A stretch of DNA of 29,084 bases from a virus (lineage: Duplodnaviria > Caudoviricetes), in IMG/VR virus record IMGVR_UViG_3300043391_000006, positions 1 through 29,084 of that record; one strand, 5' to 3'. Under the pieces are notes generated by a model, which saw only the letters and a list, made by a program, of their open reading frames with translations, was not told the DNA's origin and did not search any database. Shown here one piece after another: positions 15,417 through 22,827 of this stretch. Every line of letters begins with the position of its first letter. Within the stretch, counting starts at the first letter, position 1. Made by a program: the position numbers and the translations under genes.

Positions 15417-16766
15417 ATGAAATATCTCTCACTATGCAGTGGTATCGAGGCGGCAACAGTAGCATGGCATCCCCTTGGATGGGAGGCAGTAGCGTATTCG
15501 GAGATCGAAAGATTCCCATCAGAAGTGCTTGCACATCATTACCCATCAACGCCAAACCTTGGCGACATGACTAAATTTAAGGAGTGGACAAATGTCTCAG
15601 ATGTCGATGTTCTCGTTGGAGGAACACCATGCCAGTCATTCTCAGTCGCAGGACTCAGAAAAGGATTGGATGACCCTCGTGGCAACCTCATGCTTACCTA
15701 TCTTGCCATTGCTAAACGATATCGCCCCAACTGGCTGGTCTGGGAGAACGTCCCCGGCGTTTTGTCCTCCAATGGAGGACGGGACTTTGGTAGCTTCCTC
15801 GGAGGGTTGGCAGAATGCGGGTATGGGTTCGCATACAGGGTGCTTGACGCTCAGTATTTTGGAGTGGCACAGCGACGCCGCCGTGTGTTCGTTGTCGGAT
15901 ACCTTGGAGACTGGCGAGCTGCCGCAGCGGTTCTTTTTGAGCGCCACAGCTTGCAAGGGCATCCTGCGCCGAGCAGAGAAAAGAGGCAAGGTGCTGCCGC
16001 CAGCGCTAGAGCAGGCGTTGTCGGCGGTGGCTGGCCTGCCGACATAAGTAGCACATTGGATACAACCTTTGGCACAAAACAAGGTCTTGAGAATCAGCAC
16101 ATTAATGCTGGTTGTCCGATGTTTGTGCCAGTAGTAAAGACATTGGTTGGTTTACAAGATTGCAACAACTTTAGTAGCGAGATAACTGGAACTATAGTAA
16201 CCCGTAAGGGTTGCGCTGCCGATACCGCGCATATGGTGATGCAACCCATCGCGCTTGCAGAGAACACCATTGGACGGCAACCACAGAACGGCGGTAACGG
16301 CGATGGGTTTACTGATGGCGGTCCGATGTACACGCTTAATGCCACAGGCGTGCATGGTGTGGCGCAACCCATTGCATTCAGCGGTCAAATGTCAAACCCG
16401 CAAACTGATGTGGACATGACGCCAACCCTGCAAGCCAAGAATCCGATGGCGGTATCAGTTGGAGTTGACACTTACAACGGCACAGAAACTGGTCAGGTGT
16501 CATGCACGATAACTGCTGATGTTGGCGGTCCAACGCACAGCGGTCCAAAGGTTATGCAATCTATGGCCGTCAGAAGATTAACCCCTGTGGAATGTGAGAG
16601 ATTGCAGGGCTTTAGCGATAACTACACAGACATCAAAAGCAAAAACAAACCTACGCCTGATGGTCCGCGCTACAAAGCATTGGGCAACAGCATGGCAGTG
16701 CCTGTCATGGCGTGGATAGGGCAACGCATAGAACAAGTAGAGGCGATATGCAAGCAGAACAAATAG
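15417..16766 (+). CDS. C5-cytosine DNA methyltransferase
   Basis: Motif I SLCSGIEA, IV GGTPCQSFS, VI ENVPG, VIII QRRRRVF, IX RRLTPVECERLQGF, X KALGNSMAV; long variable region. Confidence 0.95.
   Translation: MKYLSLCSGIEAATVAWHPLGWEAVAYSEIERFPSEVLAHHYPSTPNLGDMTKFKEWTNVSDVDVLVGGTPCQSFSVAGLRKGLDDPRGNLMLTYLAIAKRYRPNWLVWENVPGVLSSNGGRDFGSFLGGLAECGYGFAYRVLDAQYFGVAQRRRRVFVVGYLGDWRAAAAVLFERHSLQGHPAPSREKRQGAAASARAGVVGGGWPADISSTLDTTFGTKQGLENQHINAGCPMFVPVVKTLVGLQDCNNFSSEITGTIVTRKGCAADTAHMVMQPIALAENTIGRQPQNGGNGDGFTDGGPMYTLNATGVHGVAQPIAFSGQMSNPQTDVDMTPTLQAKNPMAVSVGVDTYNGTETGQVSCTITADVGGPTHSGPKVMQSMAVRRLTPVECERLQGFSDNYTDIKSKNKPTPDGPRYKALGNSMAVPVMAWIGQRIEQVEAICKQNK
15592..16047 (+). CDS. Overprinted (+1 frame) methyltransferase beta-subunit-like protein (M.EcoHK31I beta-like)
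   Basis: Own AAGGAG RBS 7 nt before the ATG; WQNAGM...CSLSDTLETGELPQRFFLSATACKGILRRAEKRGKVLPPAL resembles, from memory, the alternative-frame beta polypeptide of M.EcoHK31I. Confidence 0.7.
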   Translation: MSQMSMFSLEEHHASHSQSQDSEKDWMTLVATSCLPILPLLNDIAPTGWSGRTSPAFCPPMEDGTLVASSEGWQNAGMGSHTGCLTLSILEWHSDAAVCSLSDTLETGELPQRFFLSATACKGILRRAEKRGKVLPPALEQALSAVAGLPT

Positions 16767-18859
16767 CCAAGTCGCTAGGCAACGCGAAAAGAGCCAACGG
16801 CCAATGGGTGGCGTCATGCCCAGTGCCAAGTCACGGCAAAGGCAATGGAGACAAGAATCCATCACTGTCAGTACACATAGATGATGAGGGAAAGGTTTTA
16901 TTCCACTGTCATGGTGGTTGCACTCAAGAATCGGTATTCCAGACCATCAGAGATATGCAGCTATTACCCGAATTAGAAGAACGACCAGACCCATTAGCCA
17001 ACATCAAGCCATTACCCAAAGTCGAATTCCAACAAGAATGGCAGTATCAGGACGAGGACCGCGTCACAGTGTTTGTCAAGCACCGGCTGCGCGTAGGGAA
17101 GTCTGGCAAGACTTATAGGCTCTACAAAGTTGATAGTGACGGCAAGCGCTACCCTACGCTGGGTGACGCAAGGATCGTCCCCTACAAGTTACCCGAGCTG
17201 CTGGACGCGAAGACAGCGGGAAGAATAATCTATCTGGCCGAGGGAGAGAAGGCGGTGGACGCCTTAATGAGTCTCGGCGTGGCGGCAACCACAGCCCACA
17301 GCGGTGCAGGGCATTGGCCGGAGGCCATCACAGAATACTTTGCAGGCGCTAATGTAGTGATCCTGCCGGACAACGACCTAAGTGGCTGGAGCTACGCACG
17401 CAAGGCAGCAGAGGCTATCCTGCCAATTGCCAAGGCAGTCAAGGTAGTAGACCTCGGACTGCAGGGCCTTGGCGATGACGCATATGAGTTCATCGAGGCA
17501 GGGGGCGGCAGGGCAGAGCTGGCGGCACTGGTCAAGGCAGCGCCAAAGATTGTTTCTGTCGATGATGTAACGATACCCGAAAGACTACAGGCGTTTATAG
17601 CATCAAGTACAAAAACAGACGAAACCTATACACATCAAGATTCTCATGTACAGAAACAGGCAGATATTGCACATGAGTTTGCAGCAGACCCAAAGCAACA
17701 GATTGAAGCACCACCACCCAAACCCGCCAAGACCATCAAGATTGAATCGTGGGATGACATACAGGACGAGCCAGTCGAGTGGTTGATAGAGGGGGTTATC
17801 CCTAAAGGCTCATTTACAGCGCTTTATGGACCGCCAGGCAGTTTCAAGTCGTTCATAGCCCTAGACATTGCACAGGCCATCGCTACAGGGCGCAGTTGGA
17901 TGGGCAGGCCAGTTAAGCAGACAGGCGCGGTGCTGTACCTCGCAGGAGAAGGCTTTGGCGGTATCGGCGCACGCATCAAAGCCTGCAAGTTGCACCACCA
18001 GACAGAGCACGGCGCACCGATCTACATAGTCAGACACCAACTCAACCTCAGATCAAGCGCCGAGGACTTCAACGCGCTGATGCTGGCAGTGGTGCAGCTA
18101 GTGGAGCAGACAGGCATGGAATTCAGCCTCGCCATTGTGGATACCTTAGCAAGAGCATTTGGCGGCGGTAATGAGAACAGCTCAGAAGACATGGGCGCAT
18201 TCATTACGGCCATGGGTAAGGTGCAGGAGTTCCTTAAGTGCGCCTTGATGGTGCTGCACCACAGCGGCAAGGACGCAGCCAAAGGACTGCGCGGTCATTC
18301 TTCCCTGCTTGGCGCAGTAGATACAGAGCTGGAATTGCTCAGATTTGACGAACAACTCAAGGGCGTGATCACCATCAGCAAGCAAAAGGATGGCGCCGAC
18401 AACGAAAGATTTGGCTTTGAGATGGTCGAGGTAGAGATCAGGCCGGCAGGCTTGGGACTGACAAAGGCAGTCGTCAGCTTGGCGGTACAGGCGAGTGATT
18501 CAGCCAAAGTAGACCACGCAAAGATGACCGAGAAAAAGCCGCCAGCTAACAAAGATGGTGGCAAATGGCAGCCCTATGAGCTGCCTGCGCTATACAGGGC
18601 AATTAAGAACAAAGGTTTCAATGAGGTAGTAGATGGGGTCAGCATGAAAGTGGCAAATATTGACGATTGGAAAGAAGAATTGAAGCTCCAAGCTAGTGCA
18701 TATGACGCCACAAAGACGCAAATTAATAACGCAATTTGGACAGCAAAGGGGAGACTTAAAGTGAAGAATTTGGGTGGACATTACGAAAAAGTGGCATGGT
18801 TAAATCAAGATGTGATGACGAAAATGGCAACTGAGGCGGCTTATAAGTTTAATAACTAA
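16748..18859 (+). CDS. Primase-helicase (Zn-binding + TOPRIM + RepA/AAA_25-type helicase), 703 aa
   Basis: Start MQAEQIA (GAGG RBS); CPVPSH...CHGGC Zn site; EGEKAVDAL and PDND TOPRIM; Walker A GPPGSFKS; IVDTLAR; HHSGKD...LRGHSSL. Confidence 0.92.
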   Translation: MQAEQIAKSLGNAKRANGQWVASCPVPSHGKGNGDKNPSLSVHIDDEGKVLFHCHGGCTQESVFQTIRDMQLLPELEERPDPLANIKPLPKVEFQQEWQYQDEDRVTVFVKHRLRVGKSGKTYRLYKVDSDGKRYPTLGDARIVPYKLPELLDAKTAGRIIYLAEGEKAVDALMSLGVAATTAHSGAGHWPEAITEYFAGANVVILPDNDLSGWSYARKAAEAILPIAKAVKVVDLGLQGLGDDAYEFIEAGGGRAELAALVKAAPKIVSVDDVTIPERLQAFIASSTKTDETYTHQDSHVQKQADIAHEFAADPKQQIEAPPPKPAKTIKIESWDDIQDEPVEWLIEGVIPKGSFTALYGPPGSFKSFIALDIAQAIATGRSWMGRPVKQTGAVLYLAGEGFGGIGARIKACKLHHQTEHGAPIYIVRHQLNLRSSAEDFNALMLAVVQLVEQTGMEFSLAIVDTLARAFGGGNENSSEDMGAFITAMGKVQEFLKCALMVLHHSGKDAAKGLRGHSSLLGAVDTELELLRFDEQLKGVITISKQKDGADNERFGFEMVEVEIRPAGLGLTKAVVSLAVQASDSAKVDHAKMTEKKPPANKDGGKWQPYELPALYRAIKNKGFNEVVDGVSMKVANIDDWKEELKLQASAYDATKTQINNAIWTAKGRLKVKNLGGHYEKVAWLNQDVMTKMATEAAYKFNN

Positions 18860-18861
18860 CA

Positions 18862-18964
18862 ATCAGAAGCGATCAGAAGCGATCAGAAATCAGATGCTTC
18901 AGACGATCAGAAATCAGAATCGGAAACGAGAGTCTAGAAGACTCGTAGTTTCTGATTGTTCTGA
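18862..18964. repeat. Iteron-like (A)TCAGA(A) array around an imperfect palindrome; candidate replication origin
   Basis: TCAGA at 18863, 18873, 18883, 18890, 18899, 18907, 18914 (plus TCGGA 18920); inverted TCTGA at 18951 and 18960; central GAGTCT-AGA-AGACTC. Confidence 0.7.
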
Positions 18965-19000
18965 CTGTCGCTTCAGTTAATTTGGACAAGGAGAAAATAA

Positions 19001-19684
19001 ATGGCAACCAAAGCAAAAAGCAAACAGCATCCAGTGGTGGAGCAGCCAAGCCCAAAGGCAGACCCTTGGACGATTCACGTTCAATCAAAACTGGTGGAGT
19101 TGGAGTCAACAAAGGCGGCAGCAGATAGGAAATGGGGAGAAAACCGACTGTGTACTTTGGTAAACAGTGAGGTGAGGGAGAAATTCTGGTTGCAAAACAC
19201 AAGATTGCATCAAGCGATGGCGGCCAAAGATCATGCGAAGTTTGATTCAAGCGTGGCGGGAATGATCAGGGCATATGCCGCGTTGGATCAGATGGCGACA
19301 GATGATGGCTGCGAGCCAGCCAATACAGGTATACCGAGGATTGAGTGGGAAATGCAAAATGGCCAGACGATGGTAATTGTGCGAACAGTCAACGAGGCAG
19401 TGGCGATACAGAAGTCCCGACAAGAAATATCCAACCATCACATTTGGGCGATGCAGGAAATCGAAGCACTGCTGGCCGATCCAAGGATGCAGGAGGTGAT
19501 CAAGATCAAGGCGCTGTTTCCCACAGCGCAGCTCACCAGCTTCAAACCAACTTCAGAATTCAAGCCTGGCGGTGCAACAGGCTTTGATGACTTTGTCGAT
19601 GACCTTACTTTCAGCGACAATGACACCATGGATTACAAGTTCAACTCCAAACAGGCAGAGAGGTTCAGAGATGGCTCAAATTAA
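19001..19684 (+). CDS. Hypothetical phage protein (227 aa)
   Basis: Strong AAGGAG RBS; DRKWGENRL motif; acidic C-terminus. Confidence 0.8.
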   Translation: MATKAKSKQHPVVEQPSPKADPWTIHVQSKLVELESTKAAADRKWGENRLCTLVNSEVREKFWLQNTRLHQAMAAKDHAKFDSSVAGMIRAYAALDQMATDDGCEPANTGIPRIEWEMQNGQTMVIVRTVNEAVAIQKSRQEISNHHIWAMQEIEALLADPRMQEVIKIKALFPTAQLTSFKPTSEFKPGGATGFDDFVDDLTFSDNDTMDYKFNSKQAERFRDGSN

Positions 19685-19760
19685 GCTCATGGCGGCATTT
19701 ATCAGTAAATGGGTACTGGACATAGTCCAGCGCGTTAAAACAGCTTTAAAGCGGGGTTAA
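19671..19760 (+). CDS. Possible amphipathic microprotein (29 aa)
   Basis: MAQIKLMAAFISKWVLDIVQRVKTALKRG*; GAGG upstream; bridges the gap to terS. Confidence 0.35.
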   Translation: MAQIKLMAAFISKWVLDIVQRVKTALKRG

Positions 19761-19762
19761 GC

Positions 19763-20194
19763 ATGGCTGGGACACCAAAGCGAAGAAAGGATGTCGATTT
19801 TCTTAACGATATGCCAGAGGAGATGATCTTCAGCATGGTGGAAAGCGGCAAAAGCATTGCTGACATCTGCATCGATCTAGGCATAGGCAAGCGTGCGCTA
19901 GAGGATTGGATTGAGGAAAACGATCACAGTGCTATGATTACGCGCGCGCGCACGCGTGCCGCCGATCTTATGGCCTGTGACACGATAAAGATCGCAGACG
20001 GCATGGATGTCGATCACGCGCAGCGCGATGTCCAGCGCATCCGCACGCGCCAGTGGCTGGCCGAAAGGTGGGATCAGAAAACTTATGGCTTACAAAAGGC
20101 GCAGCAGATCAACATCAACGTGCAAGACCTACGCATGGCGGCACTGCGCCATGTCGAGGTCGTTGACGACTTATCCACAGAAAAAAGCCAGTAA
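19763..20194 (+). CDS. terS: Terminase small subunit (Sf6 gp1-like)
   Basis: N-terminal HTH (SGKSIADICIDLGIGKRALEDW), RARTRAAD...IAD, RIRTRQWLAERWDQKTYG; upstream of terL. Confidence 0.85.
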   Translation: MAGTPKRRKDVDFLNDMPEEMIFSMVESGKSIADICIDLGIGKRALEDWIEENDHSAMITRARTRAADLMACDTIKIADGMDVDHAQRDVQRIRTRQWLAERWDQKTYGLQKAQQININVQDLRMAALRHVEVVDDLSTEKSQ

Positions 20195-20267
20195 TGCACA
20201 CATTGCCCTGTGGACAACTGCAAGTTGCCTACGCATTAGGCAAAAACAGCGGAGTTATCCACATCTG

Positions 20268-20295
20268 GGTTAACATAATGGACATCGTGTTAAAC
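20268..20295 (-). other. dif-like (XerC/XerD) site
   Basis: Minus strand GTTTAACACGA-TGTCCA-TTATGTTAACC; 11-6-11 layout; right arm matches the E. coli XerD arm TTATGTTAAAT at 9/11. Confidence 0.55.
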
Positions 20296-20328
20296 CGATA
20301 TTGTAAGCGATCTGTAAGGAAGTATATA

Positions 20329-20341
20329 AATCAATGACTTA
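20329..20341 (+). promoter_or_regulatory. IHF binding site
   Basis: AATCAATGACTTA is an exact match to WATCAANNNNTTR, with an AT-rich 5' flank. Confidence 0.65.
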
Positions 20342-20540
20342 CGCTTATAAGTTATCCACAGGCCACCAGCAGGCGGTACTGGCTGGCGCGGCGGCGGCGA
20401 CCCCCCCCTTGCTGCTGGCGGCGGGGGCGGCTGATGCAGCACCCAAACGCCCATCGCCCCCAACAATCCGATGACTAAGCCCCCCTCCCCCCTATCCCCC
20501 ACTGCGCCAAAGCCTGTCTCGAAAAAAAAATTCTGATGAC

Positions 20541-21950
20541 TTGGTGGCGAATAACCCATTTGTCGAATTCGTCAAGTTATACCGAAACAACCCTACGCTC
20601 TTTGTCAGAGAGGTGTTGAACACTGAGCCTGACCCATGGCAAGTGGAGTTCTTGAACCACATCGCCGCCGGCAACCGCCGCATCTCAGTGCGAAGTGGAC
20701 ATGGAGTTGGCAAGTCCACCGCCAGCGCCTGGGCGATGATTTGGTATCTATTCCTGCGCTTTCCTGTCAAGGTGGTGGTGACTGCGCCGACATCCAGCCA
20801 GTTGTATGACGCGCTCTTTGCCGAGGTTAAGCGCTGGGTGAAGGTGTTGCCCCCTATGTTGTTTGATCAGTTGGAGGTCAAGCAAGACAGGATTGAGGTC
20901 AAGGACGCCAACAACGAGGCTTTTATATCGGCCAGGACAAGCCGCGCCGAGCAGCCCGAGGCGTTGCAAGGGGTTCACTCAGACAATGTGATGTTGGTGG
21001 GTGACGAGGCCAGCGGTATACCTGAACAGGTATTTGAGGCCGCATCAGGTTCTATGTCTGGCCACAATGCGGTGACCTTACTGCTTGGCAATCCGGTGAG
21101 GTCTAGCGGTTTTTTCTTTGATACGCATAACAGATTGGCGTCAGACTGGATCACCATGAGGGTGTCTTGTATTGACTCGCCAAGGGTTAGTGAGGCGTAT
21201 ATAGAGGAGATGAAGGCGCGGTACGGCGAGGAGAGCAATGCTTACCGAATCCGCGTACTAGGGGAATTCCCTAGATCGGATGACGATACTGTGATCCCGA
21301 TGGAGTTGCTGGAGCTGGCGATGAATCGTGATGTTGCACCTAGTCAGGCTGCGCCGTTGGTGTGGGGGTTGGATGTTGCGCGGTTTGGCTCGGACAGGTC
21401 TGCTTTGTGCAAGCGCAAGGGTAATGCTGTCTTGGAGTCTATTAAGACTTGGAAGAATTTGGACTTGATGCAGCTCACTGGTGCGGTGGTGGCTGAGTAT
21501 GAGATATTGCCACCAAGTGAGCGCCCACAGGAGATACTGGTGGACTCAATTGGCTTGGGCGCTGGCGTGGTGGATCGGTTGAAGGAGTTGAATCTGCCAG
21601 CTCGCGGGATTAATGTGTCTGAGAGTCCTGCTATGGGTAACACTTATAGGAATTTGAAGGCTGAGTTATGGCACAAGGCCAAGGCTTGGCTGGAGTCGCG
21701 GGACTGCACTATGCCCAAAGACGAGGCGCTGGTGGCTGAGTTGGCTACTGTGAGGTACTCATTCACCAGTTCGGGCAAGATTCAGATTGAGGGTAAGGAC
21801 GAGATCAGGAAGCGTGGTTTGGCCTCACCTGATAGGGCCGATGCGTTTTGTTTGACCTTTGCGTCAGATGCGGTGGTGGGTATGTATGGATCGGCGTCTT
21901 CTACCAAGTGGAATCAGCCGTTGAAAAGAAACCTCTCAAGGGTTGCATAA
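20541..21950 (+). CDS. terL: Terminase large subunit (start uncertain)
   Basis: EPDPWQ Q-motif, Walker A SGHGVGKS, Walker B LVGDEASG, GNP coupling motif, RNase H-like GLDVARFGSD and SPDRADA. Confidence 0.95.
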   Translation: MVANNPFVEFVKLYRNNPTLFVREVLNTEPDPWQVEFLNHIAAGNRRISVRSGHGVGKSTASAWAMIWYLFLRFPVKVVVTAPTSSQLYDALFAEVKRWVKVLPPMLFDQLEVKQDRIEVKDANNEAFISARTSRAEQPEALQGVHSDNVMLVGDEASGIPEQVFEAASGSMSGHNAVTLLLGNPVRSSGFFFDTHNRLASDWITMRVSCIDSPRVSEAYIEEMKARYGEESNAYRIRVLGEFPRSDDDTVIPMELLELAMNRDVAPSQAAPLVWGLDVARFGSDRSALCKRKGNAVLESIKTWKNLDLMQLTGAVVAEYEILPPSERPQEILVDSIGLGAGVVDRLKELNLPARGINVSESPAMGNTYRNLKAELWHKAKAWLESRDCTMPKDEALVAELATVRYSFTSSGKIQIEGKDEIRKRGLASPDRADAFCLTFASDAVVGMYGSASSTKWNQPLKRNLSRVA

Positions 21951-21977
21951 TTCGTTAATTCTTTAAAGGGGTAATTT

Positions 21978-22172
21978 ATGAAGATGACCAAAGCGGCCAA
22001 GAAAGTTGGCAAGGTGATGGGCGAGTACAAGGCAGGCACATTGCACAGCGGCAAGGGCGGCAAGGTAGTCAAGAATCCAAAGCAGGCTGTGGCTATTGCC
22101 ATGTCTGAGGCAAAGATGCCCATGCGCGGCAGCCGTACAGCCAAGAACATGAAATCCAAGGGGATGAAGTAA
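21978..22172 (+). CDS. Small basic protein (DUF6496-like)
   Basis: KVMGEYKAGTLHSGKGGKVVKNPKQAVAIAMSEA. Confidence 0.75.
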   Translation: MKMTKAAKKVGKVMGEYKAGTLHSGKGGKVVKNPKQAVAIAMSEAKMPMRGSRTAKNMKSKGMK

Positions 22173-22666
22173 TGGCAACGATCAAGCAAACCATTGACCA
22201 GTTGATGGGTGACGAGGAGGGTGACGAGAGCTGCCCCCCTGCCACTCAGGACATTACTATCAATCTGAAGAATCGCGGCAAGGCTATTGACTCTGCCGAC
22301 TATGGACCAGAGAACCCCGCGTTGCCCAATACTGCTTTTTGGAAAGCCAAGGCAGACGAGTGGGAGGTGAGTATTGAGGAGGCCAAGACGAGTAGGTGCG
22401 GTAACTGCGCGGCTTTTAATCAGGACGAGTCGATGCTTGAGTGTATAGAGAAGGGCATTGGGGACGAGGGCGATGCCGAGGAGTTTATTGACAAGGCCGA
22501 CTTGGGTTACTGCGAGATATTTGACTTTAAGTGTGCTGCATCAAGAACCTGTGATGCTTGGGTGGCCGAGGGCGATGAGGGTGACGATTACGAGGCTGGC
22601 GAGAATAATGCCATGGAAGGCGAAGATATGCCCATGCTGGTGATCAAGATCGGGAAGAAAAAATGA
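22172..22666 (+). CDS. Acidic Cys-rich protein with a HiPIP-like (Fe-S or Zn) motif
   Basis: CGNCAAF...GYCEIF...CAASRTCDAW; TAATG coupling with the upstream gene. Confidence 0.6.
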   Translation: MATIKQTIDQLMGDEEGDESCPPATQDITINLKNRGKAIDSADYGPENPALPNTAFWKAKADEWEVSIEEAKTSRCGNCAAFNQDESMLECIEKGIGDEGDAEEFIDKADLGYCEIFDFKCAASRTCDAWVAEGDEGDDYEAGENNAMEGEDMPMLVIKIGKKK

Positions 22667-22827
22667 AAACTAAACCTGGGCTTTATGCCAACATTAACGC
22701 CAAGCAAAAACGCATAGCGGCAGGCAGCGGCGAGAAGATGAACAGGGTCGGATCCAAGGCTGCGCCGTCTGCTGCTGACTTCAAGCTGGCGGCCAAGACT
22801 GCCAAGAAGCCAAAGCCTAAGAAATGA
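22663..22827 (+). CDS. Small Lys-rich protein (54 aa; absent from the ORF track)
   Basis: MKTKPGLYANINAKQKRIAAGSGEKMNRVGSKAAPSAADFKLAAKTAKKPKPKK*; ATGA overlaps at both ends. Confidence 0.75.
   Translation: MKTKPGLYANINAKQKRIAAGSGEKMNRVGSKAAPSAADFKLAAKTAKKPKPKK

Larger units (their letters stand above)
20171..20360. promoter_or_regulatory. DnaA-box cluster
   Basis: TTATCCACA at 20171, 20255 and 20352; inverted TGTGGACAA (1 mismatch) at 20209. Confidence 0.8.

Noticed and set aside
18862-18964. Short repeats considered as a CRISPR array
   Set aside because: Units are 5-10 bp with no unique 25-45 bp spacers and occur in both orientations, which fits iterons.
20194-20337. 47-aa ORF (MHTLPCGQLQ...) starting in a TAATG overlap with the terS stop
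   Set aside because: It has no recognisable protein features and runs across the DnaA, dif-like and IHF motifs, which explain the sequence better. Not fully excluded.
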